Assembly: GCA_030390025.1 (NCBI GenBank)
Contig: CM059429.1
Span: 118,172,001-118,236,000, forward strand
DNA: 64,000 bases
Reading direction: 5' to 3'
Source: Squalus acanthias
Taxonomy: Eukaryota
This document shows positions 13,336 through 25,372 of the stretch, one piece after another. The notes beneath the pieces were generated by a model. It made no database searches and was not told where the DNA came from. It was given only the letters and a program-made list of their open reading frames with translations. The first letter of the stretch is position 1. The number at the start of each line of letters is the position of its first letter. The translations under genes were made by a program, and so were the position numbers.

Positions 13336-14123
13336 GGGCTGGATTTTACCTTTCGGTGCGGCCTAGGGGTGGGACAGCTTCCTTCTGGGTTCCGATCCTG
13401 CCCCCAACGACATCCGACACAAAGACGCAATTTTGCGTCAATTGACCTTGTTAAGCCCGCTCTGTGGGCTTGCCAGCCAATTAAGAGAAAGCCGGTGTCA
13501 GATGACGTCAGTTGATGACGTGTCATCTGCCGGTTTTCTTAAAGGGGCCACGCACAATTTTTTTGACAGGTGATTTTTCAGTGTTTGACAGCATTGAGGT
13601 GCTGTAAACACTGACAATCACTGTACAAAGGTGAGCCCTTGAACCCAGGCTCTCCAGTGACTCCCTCCTTAGGCTAGAACAGATAGCAGCTGCAGGTGAG
13701 GCTACAGAAGGGATCTGTCACTGGTGAGAGAGGTCTCCCAATGATTTTCCCAACATTTTCTTACCTCTGAAACTCACCAGTGTACCATTGGATCTTTCAC
13801 ACCACTTCTGCAGCTGTCATGAATGAAGAAACATTACAGTAGACCCACAGCATGCCACACTTACCCTGGAGTGGTGTCCGGATGTCGGGAAGCCCACAGT
13901 AGACCTGGCAAAATTGGAAAAAGCCTCTTAACTGCATGTTAACAACCTATAATCTTCTTCCCGCCGCTAGGTGTTGGTCCATGCGCAAATCGGGGACCCG
14001 ACACCTGGGAATGTTGTTTGGAGGTGGGTTGACAGCGGGTTTCCTGCCTGCTGTCAATCTTTGCGATTTTGCCGGATGTCCCGCCTCCAAACCCGCCTCC
14101 TGAGCGCCGGCAAAATTCCGGCC
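13336..14123 (+). mobile_element. Internally deleted Harbinger/PIF element
   Basis: Imperfect TIRs GGGCTGGATTTTACC / GGCAAAATTCCGGCC. 13588-13670 (CAGCATTGAGGTGCTGTAAACACTGACAATC...ACCCAGGCTCTCCAGTGACTCCCTCC) is homologous to the start of the Myb gene of the 25373-27055 element. Confidence 0.8.
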
Positions 14124-15335
14124 ATGGTCTTTCTTTTTCACTTAACAGTTTTCTATTGAAAGTACAATATATTTTCTCTATCCAAGAACTGAGGAATGAT
14201 GCAATCGGCCTGATTTTAAAATAATGAAACGCCAAGATTTGAGAAATTGGGTTGTGACCTGTTACCTCATGGTTTTGGCTTATAAACATTTTTTCTTTGG
14301 TTGCCACCCTTGGGAGATGCTATGATGTGACTGGCAGTCACGGGTGTCATTCAAACTCTGGTCTCCAAGGAGTTCAGATCAAATCAACTCGATCACGCTT
14401 AAGTATATAGAACGTATTTGAAAACACCAGAGAATGTCAAGTATTCAAATAAAATCTGGAAAGCTATTTTTAATTCTATTTAATGTTCAATAGGCCAGTT
14501 AACTGTGTTTGGATCATCCAGCTGTAACTAAGAAACACTATATATGGCATCACTCTTTAATTTACTAATGACATAACCATCATCACTAATCAGCAGTGTT
14601 TTAGCTGAAGATTCCAGTAAAATTGAAGGGTTCTAATATTATGAAAAGGGTGTTCACAATATGCTAATACAGCAAGCTCAGGCTCAGGCTGACAGCCTGG
14701 AGTTGTTTCATCCATTGGAGCTTGGCAGCGCTCCAAGGAAGATTGGGTTGAAAATAGATCCAATCTCATCACTGTCAGCGAGCCTCCCATTCCAGATGTT
14801 TCTTTTTAAAGAGGTTTTGCATTCGAACTAACGTTATTCATTGCCTCAGCTTTTCTCAGTCACTTTTAAGCCCCCTTTGCTTGATTCAAAGCATCTGTAC
14901 ACACTGTGCACAGTTCGATCATCAGAAAGGATGTTTCCAGGCATAGTTTGGTCTATTTTATGTGAAGCTGGCTTTGGGATTGTTTGCCACAGGCCAAAAC
15001 CATGCATTGATTTTTTTAAAAAATGTTTTTTTCCATATATAAAAAATGTCGTAAAAAAGGCCCAGACAGTAAAGCAAAAGGCACCTGTTCTGAACTTTGG
15101 GGGAGGGATGTTGCATGTTTGATTTCGGCTGTAAGTTTGTGATGAGCCAAATCTTGCTGAGGTGCGGCACCTTGTGGCGTCCGCCACTAGTTAGACTTTT
15201 TCCTGCACCCTTCAGCTCTCAATTTTTTTATGTCATAACTTGCTGGAAATGCGAGGGCAACAGGGTATCTGAGACTTTGGTGACCGATGGGACCAGCAGT
15301 GTATCTCTTTAACCAATGAGATTTAAGGATTGAGA

Positions 15336-15420
15336 AAGATACAACAACAACTTGTATTTTATATAGCACCTTTAACTTGGTAAAACGCCCCAAGGCGCTT
15401 CACAGGAGTGTTATAAGACA
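15336..15420 (-). mobile_element. L2/DeuSINE-type 3' end fragment
   Basis: ACAACAACAACTTGTATTTTATATAGCACCTTT...CCCAAGGCGCTTCACAGG, the reverse-strand form of the shark L2 tail. Confidence 0.65.
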
Positions 15421-15539
15421 CACAACAGGAACATCAGAGAAGGAGAGTGAATTAGAGTCAAATCAGGTAGAGGGAAAGAAAGATTGGATTAAGAGAGATA
15501 AAAGAGACTAAGGAAAATAAAAAGAAAATGTAAAAAATT

Positions 15540-15950
15540 TAAATTTGACATTTTTTAAATCTCTAATAAGTATTTTCTACAGGCAGGAATGAGACTCAGC
15601 AGTTTAAATTGTTCCTTTTCTGGGCCGGTGAGATTGATTGGCATTGTATTAACAATTATCATATTGTTAAAAGGGTACATACGCTATTAATTACCAGCCC
15701 TAACTTTCTGCAGCGAGTCTAATGGACAATTAATGTGCAAATCCAGCAAGTTCTTAAAAATAACGGGGAGACTAAGGGCGAGATGCCGTTTGTACAAGGC
15801 AAACGACGGAGCGGCGTAAACCAACCAACATGTTCTGGAGAGTCACAAGTCACAGCGTATCTCTAATCCCCTGAATTTACTGGCCGATTTGCGCATTAAT
15901 AATGGCGGGTGTCATTAACACGCCTTTATTTTTCCAGGAAGATGAGGCCC
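15540..15950. mobile_element. Old DNA-transposon (probably Harbinger-like) terminal fragment
   Basis: CpG-richer segment ending GGAAGATGAGGCCC, resembling the ...GGCCC termini of other elements here; other boundary unclear. Confidence 0.35.
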
Positions 15951-16466
15951 AATGTGTTGTCAATGGGGAAAAAATAGTTACTAAAATATAAATCTGACCA
16001 ATGCAATGGAGCTTCAGTGAATGCTGACTGGCTTGGAATTTCATTTCTGTAATTGATTTCTCTCATTTTGTACATTTGTCTTTTCACCTCTGCCATTTAA
16101 CCATCTCCTGCTGGCTGACCTGTTGAGTGTTTCCAGCGTTTTCTGTTTTTGTTTCGAAGTCAAATAAAACACTGAACGTGAATGGCACAAATTGGGTTAA
16201 TTACAGGATTTCCTGTAAAACAGAAGAGGAACATTTAATCGCTGCTCACTTTCTTGAGAATCATCTCATGCATGCAAAGTAAGCAGCTTGGCCACATCCC
16301 TCACAGAAGGCTGAATTAAATTGATCGCATCAATTAGGAAAAATACATGGCTTTTTTTGTTTAAAAATATTGTAAGACATGTGTCTGCCTTTGGTAAAGG
16401 AAGTGACTGTTTCATTTGGGGAAGGAAGGGTGATGGAAGATTATAACCATATTTTATTAATTTGTC

Positions 16467-16974
16467 GGGCCCAGACTCCGCGCTGAGCTTGCAGCATGCG
16501 CCCCAACGGAGAGGCCCAAAGCCGTCCCACAATTGGGCCGCATTAACATTTAATCCGTGAGCTGTCAGCGCCGGTTACACCTTCACAGGCAGCTCGCACA
16601 TTGCAAGTGCTGAATGTCGAGCTGCTTGTTGAGCTGGCGGGGGCATGAAGCTAAGCTCTGTGAGGGGGGTTGGAGCAGGCAACGGGATGGGGGGAGGGAG
16701 GTGATCGCTGCGACTGGAGTCGGAGGAGCGGGGGTAGGTGGGGGTTGGGTGGTGTGGGGGGGAGGTGATCGCTACGACTGTGGAGTCGGAGGAGCACTCC
16801 AGGCTCTGGCTTCACAGGAATTTTTTAAATTATTTTTAAATGTTTAAAAAAAACTCTTGCCTCTTGTTGGGGGCCGCAGGGGGTGCTGAAGAATTCTGAG
16901 TGGGACAGGCACTGGTCAGGCGCGGGATATTGCGCCCCGGAAAATGGGTGCAACAAGGACCAATCTCTACCCCC
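16467..16974. mobile_element. GC-rich MITE (Harbinger-like)
   Basis: Sharp GC transition; starts GGGCCCAG and ends ACCAATCTCTACCCCC (similar to the TIR at 43232-43247); internal duplication GGAGGTGATCGCT.CGACTG(TG)GAGTCGGAGGAGC. Confidence 0.6.
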
Positions 16975-17992
16975 AAAACTGTGAAATTGGGTTAAATCCA
17001 TGATGATCGATGCCACTCGGTGAATTGCAAGGCAGTAATCTCTTTGACGGGTTCAGTTGAAGGAATAGACTTTGAGAGCAAAGCTTGATTGGTTTAAATT
17101 CATCATCTGAACCACAAGATTGAGCTAAAGCCTGATAATTGACTGAGGTTCCCATTATTATTTATGATATGAAACATGAGTGTGTGTAGCAGGAGTTAGT
17201 TGTACAGTATTTCAATGTTACAATTTTTTCTGAAAATGTACAATGAGGGTTTCAATTTTTTTAAATTATCTTTTGTAGATTGAACTGCCATGTGATGCAG
17301 GACTGTGAAGAATACCAGTTTAATAATCTAGCTCCAGTAGTATTGCCAAGTTATTTTTGATTGTGAAATTTGGTGTAATTCACACCCATATACATCATCT
17401 GACAATTTTAGCTTTGGCTATGTATTTTGGAAAAACTTAAATGAGTTATGAGCTATTCAACACTAATATACAAAAGGACCAAATTGGTCATGAAACTTTC
17501 TCCAAGAACCATTTTTGTAGATTGCTTAACTTTTTTTTTAATTTGTGTCCTTATTGCTTTTTGTTTACATTCAAACAGTCAAACAAAAATAATTTAAAAA
17601 GAAATAATTGTCACTGCTTCTAGCCACTCTTTATTGATAACCTACAAAGCATTCACTTGAAGTGACGTGAAACAGTTGCCTAACATGACTTGTTCAATCT
17701 CCCTCAGATCTGCCTTTGGAACCATCCCAGGAAAAAATAATGAAAGAGCTTTTGTTGCAGAGACTAAATGAATTGAGTGCTACTAATGTAAATGCAGCTA
17801 CCAATAAATCTTCAACCCCAGTACAAACGTGGTTTCCTCTTTTCTTTCTGAACACTGAGGATTGAGAGTGAGAGCAGCACTGAAAAATTGGTGCATTGTT
17901 AAACAATGGGGCATGATTTCCTATTGATTTTTGTATCAAACTATATTTATAACTGTACACTGCTTCAGGCAATCTTGAGTTTAAATTTGTAC

Positions 17993-18361
17993 GGGGCAAC
18001 TTTCCGACTTGGTGTTTCTGGCAGGGAGCCTCACCTGCCGAAATGCATATCGGAAATGCAGGGCATTATTCAGTGGTCTTCCTTCTGAGCCTTGCCTCCA
18101 CAACCAGTTCCAGCAGCTACTGCAAGAAGAATGCACCTCCCCTTTAAGAGGTGCACACTGCTTTTAAGAAGTGGAGGCCAGCTTTAATTGGAGCTGGTCT
18201 TGCACCAACTTGGGCCCCCTGCTGAACGTTCAGCCACTCTTCAGCACTGGACTGAACATTACAATCATGTAAATTAGCAGGCAGCACAAAGTTTACGTGC
18301 TGCCTGCAGTCCTCCAAATGGGCGCGGGTTGATCGCGCATTGCCTTATCCAATTTCTAGGC
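17993..18361. mobile_element. Degenerate MITE (Harbinger-like)
   Basis: GGGGCAACTTTCC start and CCAATTTCTAGGC end; GC-richer interior. Confidence 0.45.
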
Positions 18362-18500
18362 TGATGTTTTCACTTGCGGGCGGGACGAGAACTAGGGGTC
18401 ATAAATATAAGATAGTCACTAATAAATCTAATAGGGAATTCAGGAGAAACAACTTTACTCAGAGTGGTTTGAATGTGGAGCTCACTACCACAAGGAGTAC
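18362..18500 (+). mobile_element. CR1 ORF2 C-terminal fragment
   Basis: Translates MFSLAGGTRTRGHKYKIVTNKSNREFRRNNFTQ (CR1 TRGH..K..FFTQRVV motif). Confidence 0.85.
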
Positions 18501-18589
18501 TGCCAGAAGGGCTGTGTGCCACTTTCATCAAAATTACATTATATGTAAGAGACCCAGTGATGAATTTCAATGTGATGCATGTAACAGAC

Positions 18590-19350
18590 AAATGAAGAAA
18601 GGCTTGTCAAATCCTGCATTCATCTATAAAGAGGAAAGAAAGAGTAATGCTTTGGCTGCAGACCCTTTGTCACAACTGACATCTGAAAGGTAAGTGAGCT
18701 CCCTAATAAGATTGAACAACAAGAAAAGGGGAGGGAAAAGCAGCAGGAGCTCCAATTATAGAGAGGAATTTAATGGGATGAATGGCTTGCAAATTGTAGG
18801 AAACTGCGGTGTAACAATGCGGTGTAAGGCAATGATAACGTATTAAAAGAACAAGAGTGTAAAAATAGCTAAATGAGTGAAAAGCTCACAGAAGGAGAAG
18901 GCAGCAAAATGGGAGGGCGGGGGTGAAGAATAAAAAGCTGCAGATGCAGGAGTTTTTCCCAATTTAGATGAGACTGCGAGGAGCAAAAACTGCATACTAA
19001 ATTGGGAGAAAGTACACTAGATAGGAGTCAATGCATGTAAGTCTTTGTGTCTCAGAGGAATGTTTGGATCCTGGGTAGTGGTGTGAAAGGAGTTGCATGG
19101 GAAATTATAATGTATTCACTGCCCATAGTGTGGTTTCCCCTGTAATGCTGAACACCCTCTATCTGCATATGTGATCCTGGCCTCTCATACCATTTCAACT
19201 CTCCCTCCAATTCCCACTCTGACCTCTCCACCTTTGGCCTTTTGTACTGTTCCAGCCAAGTTCAACACACGGTTCAGGAACCATATCTATGCTTTCTCCT
19301 GGGCACTCTGGAATCCTCTGGTCTGAATGTTGAATTTATAAACTTCAGAC
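18590..19350. mobile_element. Old Penelope-like remnant (inverted pLTR + GIY-YIG C-terminal relic)
   Basis: 18600-18680 resembles a decayed reverse pLTR (CATCTATAAAGAGG...GACCCTTTGTCACAACTG). 19190-19350 resembles 39470-39634 (CCCACTCTGACCTCTCC...GGCACT...CTGAATGTTGAATTTATAAACTTCAGA). Confidence 0.55.
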
Positions 19351-19821
19351 CTTCGCTTTCTCTTCCATTTTTTTTTTAAGCAGTGGGCACGAGAGTGCGA
19401 CATTGACCTTTTGGAATATGGAGAAGGAAGGAGAGGAGGATTGAGAAGTTTTGGTTACAGTGTATAGTTTGAGGAGCGTGCAGAGGTCTGTGTCCTGGTG
19501 TTGGTCTGTCGTTTTTCTCCTTGAATACTCATGCACTTCCTATTTTAAACTACAAATGCAGTCTTTTTTCTATTTCCTCTATTTTCTTTTGTGTTGGCGT
19601 CCTCCATGATTTTCACCAGATTGGCTCTTTTCATGCTTCTTTTTGTTTTAATGTCTTTTCATGGTCTCACTGAGCTATTCTTGAATATCATCCATCAAGG
19701 TCCTACTTTTCTACTGAGCAGTTTGCAGGCCATTCAACGCATTAACTTCCCGTCTATGATTCCACTACCTGCAGTTTATAACCCCACAACCAATGCGTGT
19801 TCTTTATTTCAACCTTATTAA

Positions 19822-19969
19822 GGGCGACTTTTTCAATTATCAGCCTGCGCATTGTCCCGCCTCTGTTAAACCCGGAAGTGGGCGGGTTGGGGTCGGGTTT
19901 GAGATTTTTAAAATTTGAATACCTCGCCTGACCCCCATCCATCCTTTTTTGGGGGTTTAAATTCACCCC
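19822..19969. mobile_element. Short Harbinger-type MITE fragment
   Basis: Ends GGTTTAAATTCACCCC + ATA; similar to the right end of the element at 34236-34973. Confidence 0.55.
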
Positions 19970-21214
19970 ATAGTCTTTAAAGAGCATTCTGTCTGGTCAT
20001 TGTCCAGGTTCGTAAAAAGTGGTGGTCACAATAACTTGATATGTGATGTAAAGATGCAAATAGAAAAACTGCATTGTAAATGTTTGGTCTGCAGGAGCTA
20101 TCGTGACTGCCAACATACCAGGAAAAGATGTTTCTGAATTTTTCAGGACCTGAGCCTTTGCAAACTCACTGGAGGGAGGGGGAAACCATTTAAATGAGAA
20201 TTGTTCCTCTCTCAAATTTATTGCTGTTAAATACCAAATGTATGGCAAGAATTTGAAAATGGCAAAGCCTTGAAGATGATACACTAACACTTTTACTCAT
20301 AATAGAGGCCATGGTAATTCACTCATAGCCAGTTTTCACATGGACAATGATGGAACATCCCAATGTAAATACAATAAAGAACTTACCTGGACCAGCATTG
20401 AGATATTTTGATATGATAAGGTTCTATTTAAAAAGTACATTTTTATATTTGTCCATGTTTTTCTTCTTTTGCATTTATTTGTTATTTCTTTGCTTCTTAA
20501 CGGTGGACTCAGGAGGGACAGAATTAGTGAAGTGTCATGTTGCTGATGTAGCTCTGCCATCATAACTGTTGAAGCAAGATATTCTGCAAATGTACCTGTA
20601 TAACTGATACCTCACTGCAGGAAGGGGCTTCCCTTGCCTTCCTCATACTCACATGGCTTAAACGTTATATCTTTGTAATTCAATCAACATTTGATTTAAA
20701 AAAGTATTGGTCCAGGTAAATTCTATTTACACAATGAAAGTGCTGACCAATTCCACCAATGTTGCATTTGCTTCTCCTGAGTTCATTTTTATTCTATTTA
20801 TTAAGTTTTGAAATTATTTCAGAAGTCTGGCAGTGCAGATGGTTAATATTTCACTGCAGTGAGTGACTGAGTATCAGTTTATCTAAGAGTTTACTAGTGG
20901 TTGAATTTACATTGCACAATGAAATAGGGATGAATCACGTTGATACAGTCTGTGTCACGAACAATCTGAACCACGCTTCCTCCTACTGGAGTGATTTCAA
21001 ATCTTGTGATAGCCATAGAAATAAAGGACAATGATTATAACATTTGGGTTACTACTTGCCGAATCATTTCAGTGATGGTTTATCATTAATGATGTTTTAG
21101 GAGCCATCTTCATTCCTAATGTACAGCAGTCTGTTTGCTGCACAGAGCCCAATCCTGTCTTCATCTGATTTCATGTGCATTTTCCAACAGGAGTTATTGA
21201 ATAGCAAAAAGGAG

Positions 21215-21370
21215 AAGGAAACCTGGCTGTTCTATTCCCCCCACCCCCAACCTAATGAGGATGAGGGTTATTGTAACACTTCTACTGGTGCCTCTTCAGA
21301 GATCAGTTAACTCAGCATGCACTGATGATGAGACCTGGGACCTTCCTGATCGGTATGGTGCTACACTGTT
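21215..21370 (-). mobile_element. LF-SINE-like remnant
   Basis: GAGATCAGTTAACTCAGCA...ACCTGGGACCTTCCTGATCGGTATGG, the reverse-strand form of the LF-SINE 5' region; similar to 57520-57550. Confidence 0.55.
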
Positions 21371-22195
21371 TATACAATGACAGCGCTGACTGATTCCATC
21401 AATAATGCATTCACTTCTACTAATTTGTACCCAGCACCATCTTAAGTTCATCAGAAGTGCAGTATTCCGAAGATTTTTCTGGCCCTTTGAGAGATAGTAT
21501 CACACTGGTGATATTTTATTGGTGGTGGAGTCAGTTTTATAGTATAATAAATAAATTGCTTCAGTTATGGTTTATCACTAAAGCTGTTTTTGAGCCGTCT
21601 CGTAATCCTGATCATTTTTACAATAGTGTACAGAATACTCAGGGGGGAAGAATGGGGGAAGATTGTTCCGTTTTTAGTTTTGTTAATCTATTTTCAGGGT
21701 TTTTAACAGTATACTTTTATTAAATAAGCCAAAGGGCATGGTTTGTACTCCAGTGGAAAAAGCTGGAAATTAATATTATGGACAGTTCTGTTTATGGTTC
21801 AGCATCATAGCTCATACTTATAAATGATAGAATACTAATAAAAGATTAGTGACGCCAGTTTGTGATCAGTAAAGGCTGGCAAGCACTAAAGGATTAAATG
21901 GCTGTTTTGGTTTTCTTTACAGTTATCTCTGAATGACTGCCTAAGTGACAGAAAGAAATGGTTATATGAAACTCTAGACCACTTTGGGGAATAGACTTTA
22001 TAAAACTCGTCAGCGAAAGCAGTGATCTGATGTTACAGAAAAGCATACCGCTCCTGATGGAATTGCCCTCAAGCTTGTATTTGTGTTGTCTGCTAGATTT
22101 AAATAGATGTGAAATATTCTCAGAAAGCAAAGAGTTTATACTGATACATGTCCTGTAGCTAGGTGTACACATGTGACTGAAATTCTAGAATCTTT

Positions 22196-22475
22196 TTTTC
22201 CTTCATTCTGCCAGTGGATTTCACACTTCTTTCAGCCTTAATCTGTCACATTAACACCACCTCTAGCCTTGCATATCTCTTAATGTCTCTTCATCTCCCC
22301 CTTTGTTCCTTTATCCCCTCCCCCTTTTCCCAGCTTTACCCTGGCCTTAAATCTATTTGATTTCCGGCTCTTCCCAGTTCTGATGAAAGGTCATCGACCT
22401 GAAACGTTAACTCTCTTTTTCTCTCTCCACGGATGTTGCCTGGCCTGCTGAGTTTTTCCAGCGTTTTCTGTTGTT
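22196..22475 (+). mobile_element. 5'-truncated Penelope-like insertion (family B pLTR)
   Basis: 14-bp TSD ATTCTAGAATCTTT at 22182-22195 and 22476-22489; contains an intact hammerhead motif; homologous to 39700-40000. Confidence 0.9.
22376..22412 (+). ncRNA. Minimal type I hammerhead ribozyme motif (PLE-type)
   Basis: AGUU-CUGAUGA-A-AGGUC-AUC-GACCU-GAAA-CG-U-U-AACU: stem I AGUU/AACU, stem II AGGUC/GACCU, palindromic stem III ACGU. Confidence 0.85.
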
Positions 22476-22861
22476 ATTCTAGAATCTTTACATCGACTGG
22501 TATTAAAACAACTGAAAAAATATATGGCAGAAAGCTATTGTCATATTGTGCTCAGTGTTCAATTTGAAATGTTTATCTTACACACAGTACCTAGTTGTTG
22601 TGCAGCAACAGATTAGTTACAGATTTAGTTAACTGATTTGTTTTCTTGTTTTAAGGGCCAGTTGTCTGGGTAGTGTAATGTGATGTCTCAATATACTAGT
22701 TAGCTGCTATTTATCAGCTAAAATGAGGAGTTTGATTTACCAGTTTGAGAATTTTATACCATTCCTTTATTAACGTGGGAGTCGTAAATCGTGTGCGTGC
22801 TATCAGAGAATGATAAAATGAAGGACTACTATTCTAGTCAGACATGACCAAACCTATGGGC

Positions 22862-23300
22862 TTGGGCAGTACAGTGTGTTAATTGATAGCATTCCTGGCT
22901 CTGGCTCAGCAGGTTGTGTGTTTGAGCCCCACTCCAGGACTTGAACATATAATCTACACTGACATTAAAATGCAGGTGTACGTGAGCTCTGCATTGCCAG
23001 ACGTTCGGTCCTTCGGATGAGAGGTTAAACTGATGCCAGGTCAGGTAGATATTAGGGATCCCATAGTATTAATGGAAAAAAAAAAGCATGGCACTATTCA
23101 ATGAAGAGCAAGTAGTTCTCCTGATGCCTCTGCCAATATTCTGCCCTCAACCAACACAACTAAAAACAGATTAACTGATTGTTAATTCTGGGATCTTGTG
23201 TGTGAAAATGCTGCTATACTGGCCTACCTGTCATTAAACTTCAAAGTAATTTAGTGTTCTATGATGCTCTTTGAGATGTGATAAAGTGATATATAAATGT
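22862..23300 (+). mobile_element. Degenerate DeuSINE (SacSINE1-like)
   Basis: Colinear with 48232-48675 (GTTTGAGCCCCACTCCAGGACTTGA...CTTCGGATGAGAGGTTAAAC...CATGGCACTATT...GAAGAGCA...ATATAAATG). Confidence 0.8.
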
Positions 23301-23757
23301 ACACAGTACTTTAATCTCTTGGATCTAAGTTTGAATCAAGCCCAGAAAACCTCTTGTCGATGAATAAATGCAAGGGTTCTATTGGATATGAGTTTGGGGA
23401 GGCTCCTGGAGACCATGGGGCTGAAATTCTTTCTTCACTAACTTCAATGAAAAGTAGGCATGAGTTAAAAAGGGTGGAATTTGGATAAAGGGCATGATTG
23501 GACTATTCTACAGTCTTTAGAAGCCTCTAATCATTCCTATCCTTCCAAAAATTGATTATCAAACATTAGCAAAAAGTGAGTGAAAAGGCTGGATTTTGCT
23601 CATTAAGGTTATTAATGAGGAACTTGTACAGCATTCTCCAACTGCTTAGTCAAATCAAAAAGGGAGTTTTACTTATCTGACCAGCACGTGCAGGAAAGCA
23701 TCAGTACAGCAATGACTGAAGGAAAACGTACACAGAAGATTTTAGAAGCTACAGGTA

Positions 23758-23864
23758 AGAACATAAGAAATAGGAGCAGGAGTCGGCCATCCGGCCCCTC
23801 GAGCCTGCTCCGCCATTCAATAAGATCATGGCTGATCATCGACCTCAACTCCACTTTCCCGCCC
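23758..23864 (-). mobile_element. CR1 3'-terminal fragment with TSD
   Basis: AGAACATAAGAAATAGGAGCAGGAG.. tail as at 52636; CAGGTA duplicated at 23752-23757 and 23865-23870. Confidence 0.9.
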
Positions 23865-25372
23865 CAGGTATAGCAGCACTTGGCAGGTGGAGCAAGAGAA
23901 AGAGGAAAGATTACCCTGGCAACACAGCAGGCACTACTACCTCAGGCAGTGTGTATAGTGCAATATAGTCTGCTTCCTGGGCATGGCCGAGAAGCAGTAG
24001 ATGAGGATGGGATCGCCACGGAAGTTCTGCTGGTTTGGCTGAAATGTGATTTCTAGTTCATGAAGATCTGCAGGAACAATAAGCCATCTGCAATTGATGC
24101 CCCTTGAAGGCGCTATATAAATTCAAGTTGTTGTTGTTGTTATGCGCTACCGGTGGCATGAAGGCCACCACAGGCTATTTCGGACATCAGAGAGGTCATC
24201 TCAGGAGTTAGCTGGCCACTGCTTCTTTGCACAATTGACATTTACTTTTCCTCACACTAAAAGAACAAGATATAATGAAGGTGAGTGGACTTTATTAAAT
24301 TGTATCGTGTCATGTGTGTGGTCCTGCAACATTTTGCTTCCAGTGCTTTGTCCTCTTCCCTATTCTCGTTATGCATGTGACCTACTGCAATGTACTCCCT
24401 TAGTTGCACTGGTAGGTGTATCTGACAAATCGATCAGCCTGTGTTACTGTAATCGCCAGTGGTGTTGCTACATGCTCCGTAGCAGACTGCAGTGCAGACA
24501 ACGATTCCTCCATGGCATCACTCATGGGAAATGCGATGTAAGTCTATGTGTTGGATGTCTCCCACACTATGCAGATCACCATCTAATCTTGTGTGCAAGT
24601 AAGCAACTGACTCCTCAGTACAGTCCTGTTACTGGAGCAGCCTTCGTTGTAAAGTAGATCCACTAGGTTCTGTATCACAGTCCAACTCTACAGGAATACT
24701 TGGCATGTTGGACTTTTGCCTTGCATCAGTTGGTCCAATATCCGCCAGCATCAGTGTTAGCATTACATTACTTCTGCTCTGCAATTTAGCCTGTGGCTCT
24801 TTTGTAACCTTGCTATGGTCTTCCAGACTATTTATGTTGCTGAATGAGACAAAAAGCAGCAGTGGCAGTAGATGCTCTAGTCAGTGGTCCTTTTGGCGTC
24901 AGCTGCAGAGAAACAGTGTTCTCTTAGCCCTGGGAAGAGAGCAGATAGTATGTCAAGTAAATAAACACAGTTAACACTTTAGGTACTGCATTGTCATTCT
25001 CTGTTAAGCTGCTTGGGGAAAAAAATTGAAATGTCAGGACTCATGAGACTATGGCACAAAACTAAGCATAATCTAGTCTTAATTGGCATTAAATTAGATA
25101 CCTTACTCAAAGCTGCTGCAAGCATGCCTGGCGTGTGAAATATGAAGAAAGATTACACTGATGCAGTGTGAGCTGCTCTACTGAAATTGTGATTGAGGCA
25201 CCTTGTTGTCAAAAACTGGAGGAGACTAACCCAGCACAACAAATTGCACAACACTTTCTTCAATGCAGTTCTTGATCTATGAGAGAGGTAGATTTGTCTT
25301 TGGGTTCGTTGAGGATATCTTGGGCACTTGCACTGTTCTTGTGTTATTTTGATGACAAGTGTGAGTTTCACT

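Noticed and set aside
18588-18689. Possible coding exon (KKGLSNPAFIY...) with GTAAGT donor
   Set aside because: Sequence aligns by eye to a decayed reverse PLE pLTR; weak acceptor; no protein recognised.
23688-23760. Apparent exon ending CAG|GTAAGA
   Set aside because: The donor is created by the junction between the TSD and the CR1 tail.
24142-24974. 171-aa and 89-aa Cys/Leu-rich ORFs
   Set aside because: No domain motifs; composition typical of non-coding or decayed TE sequence.
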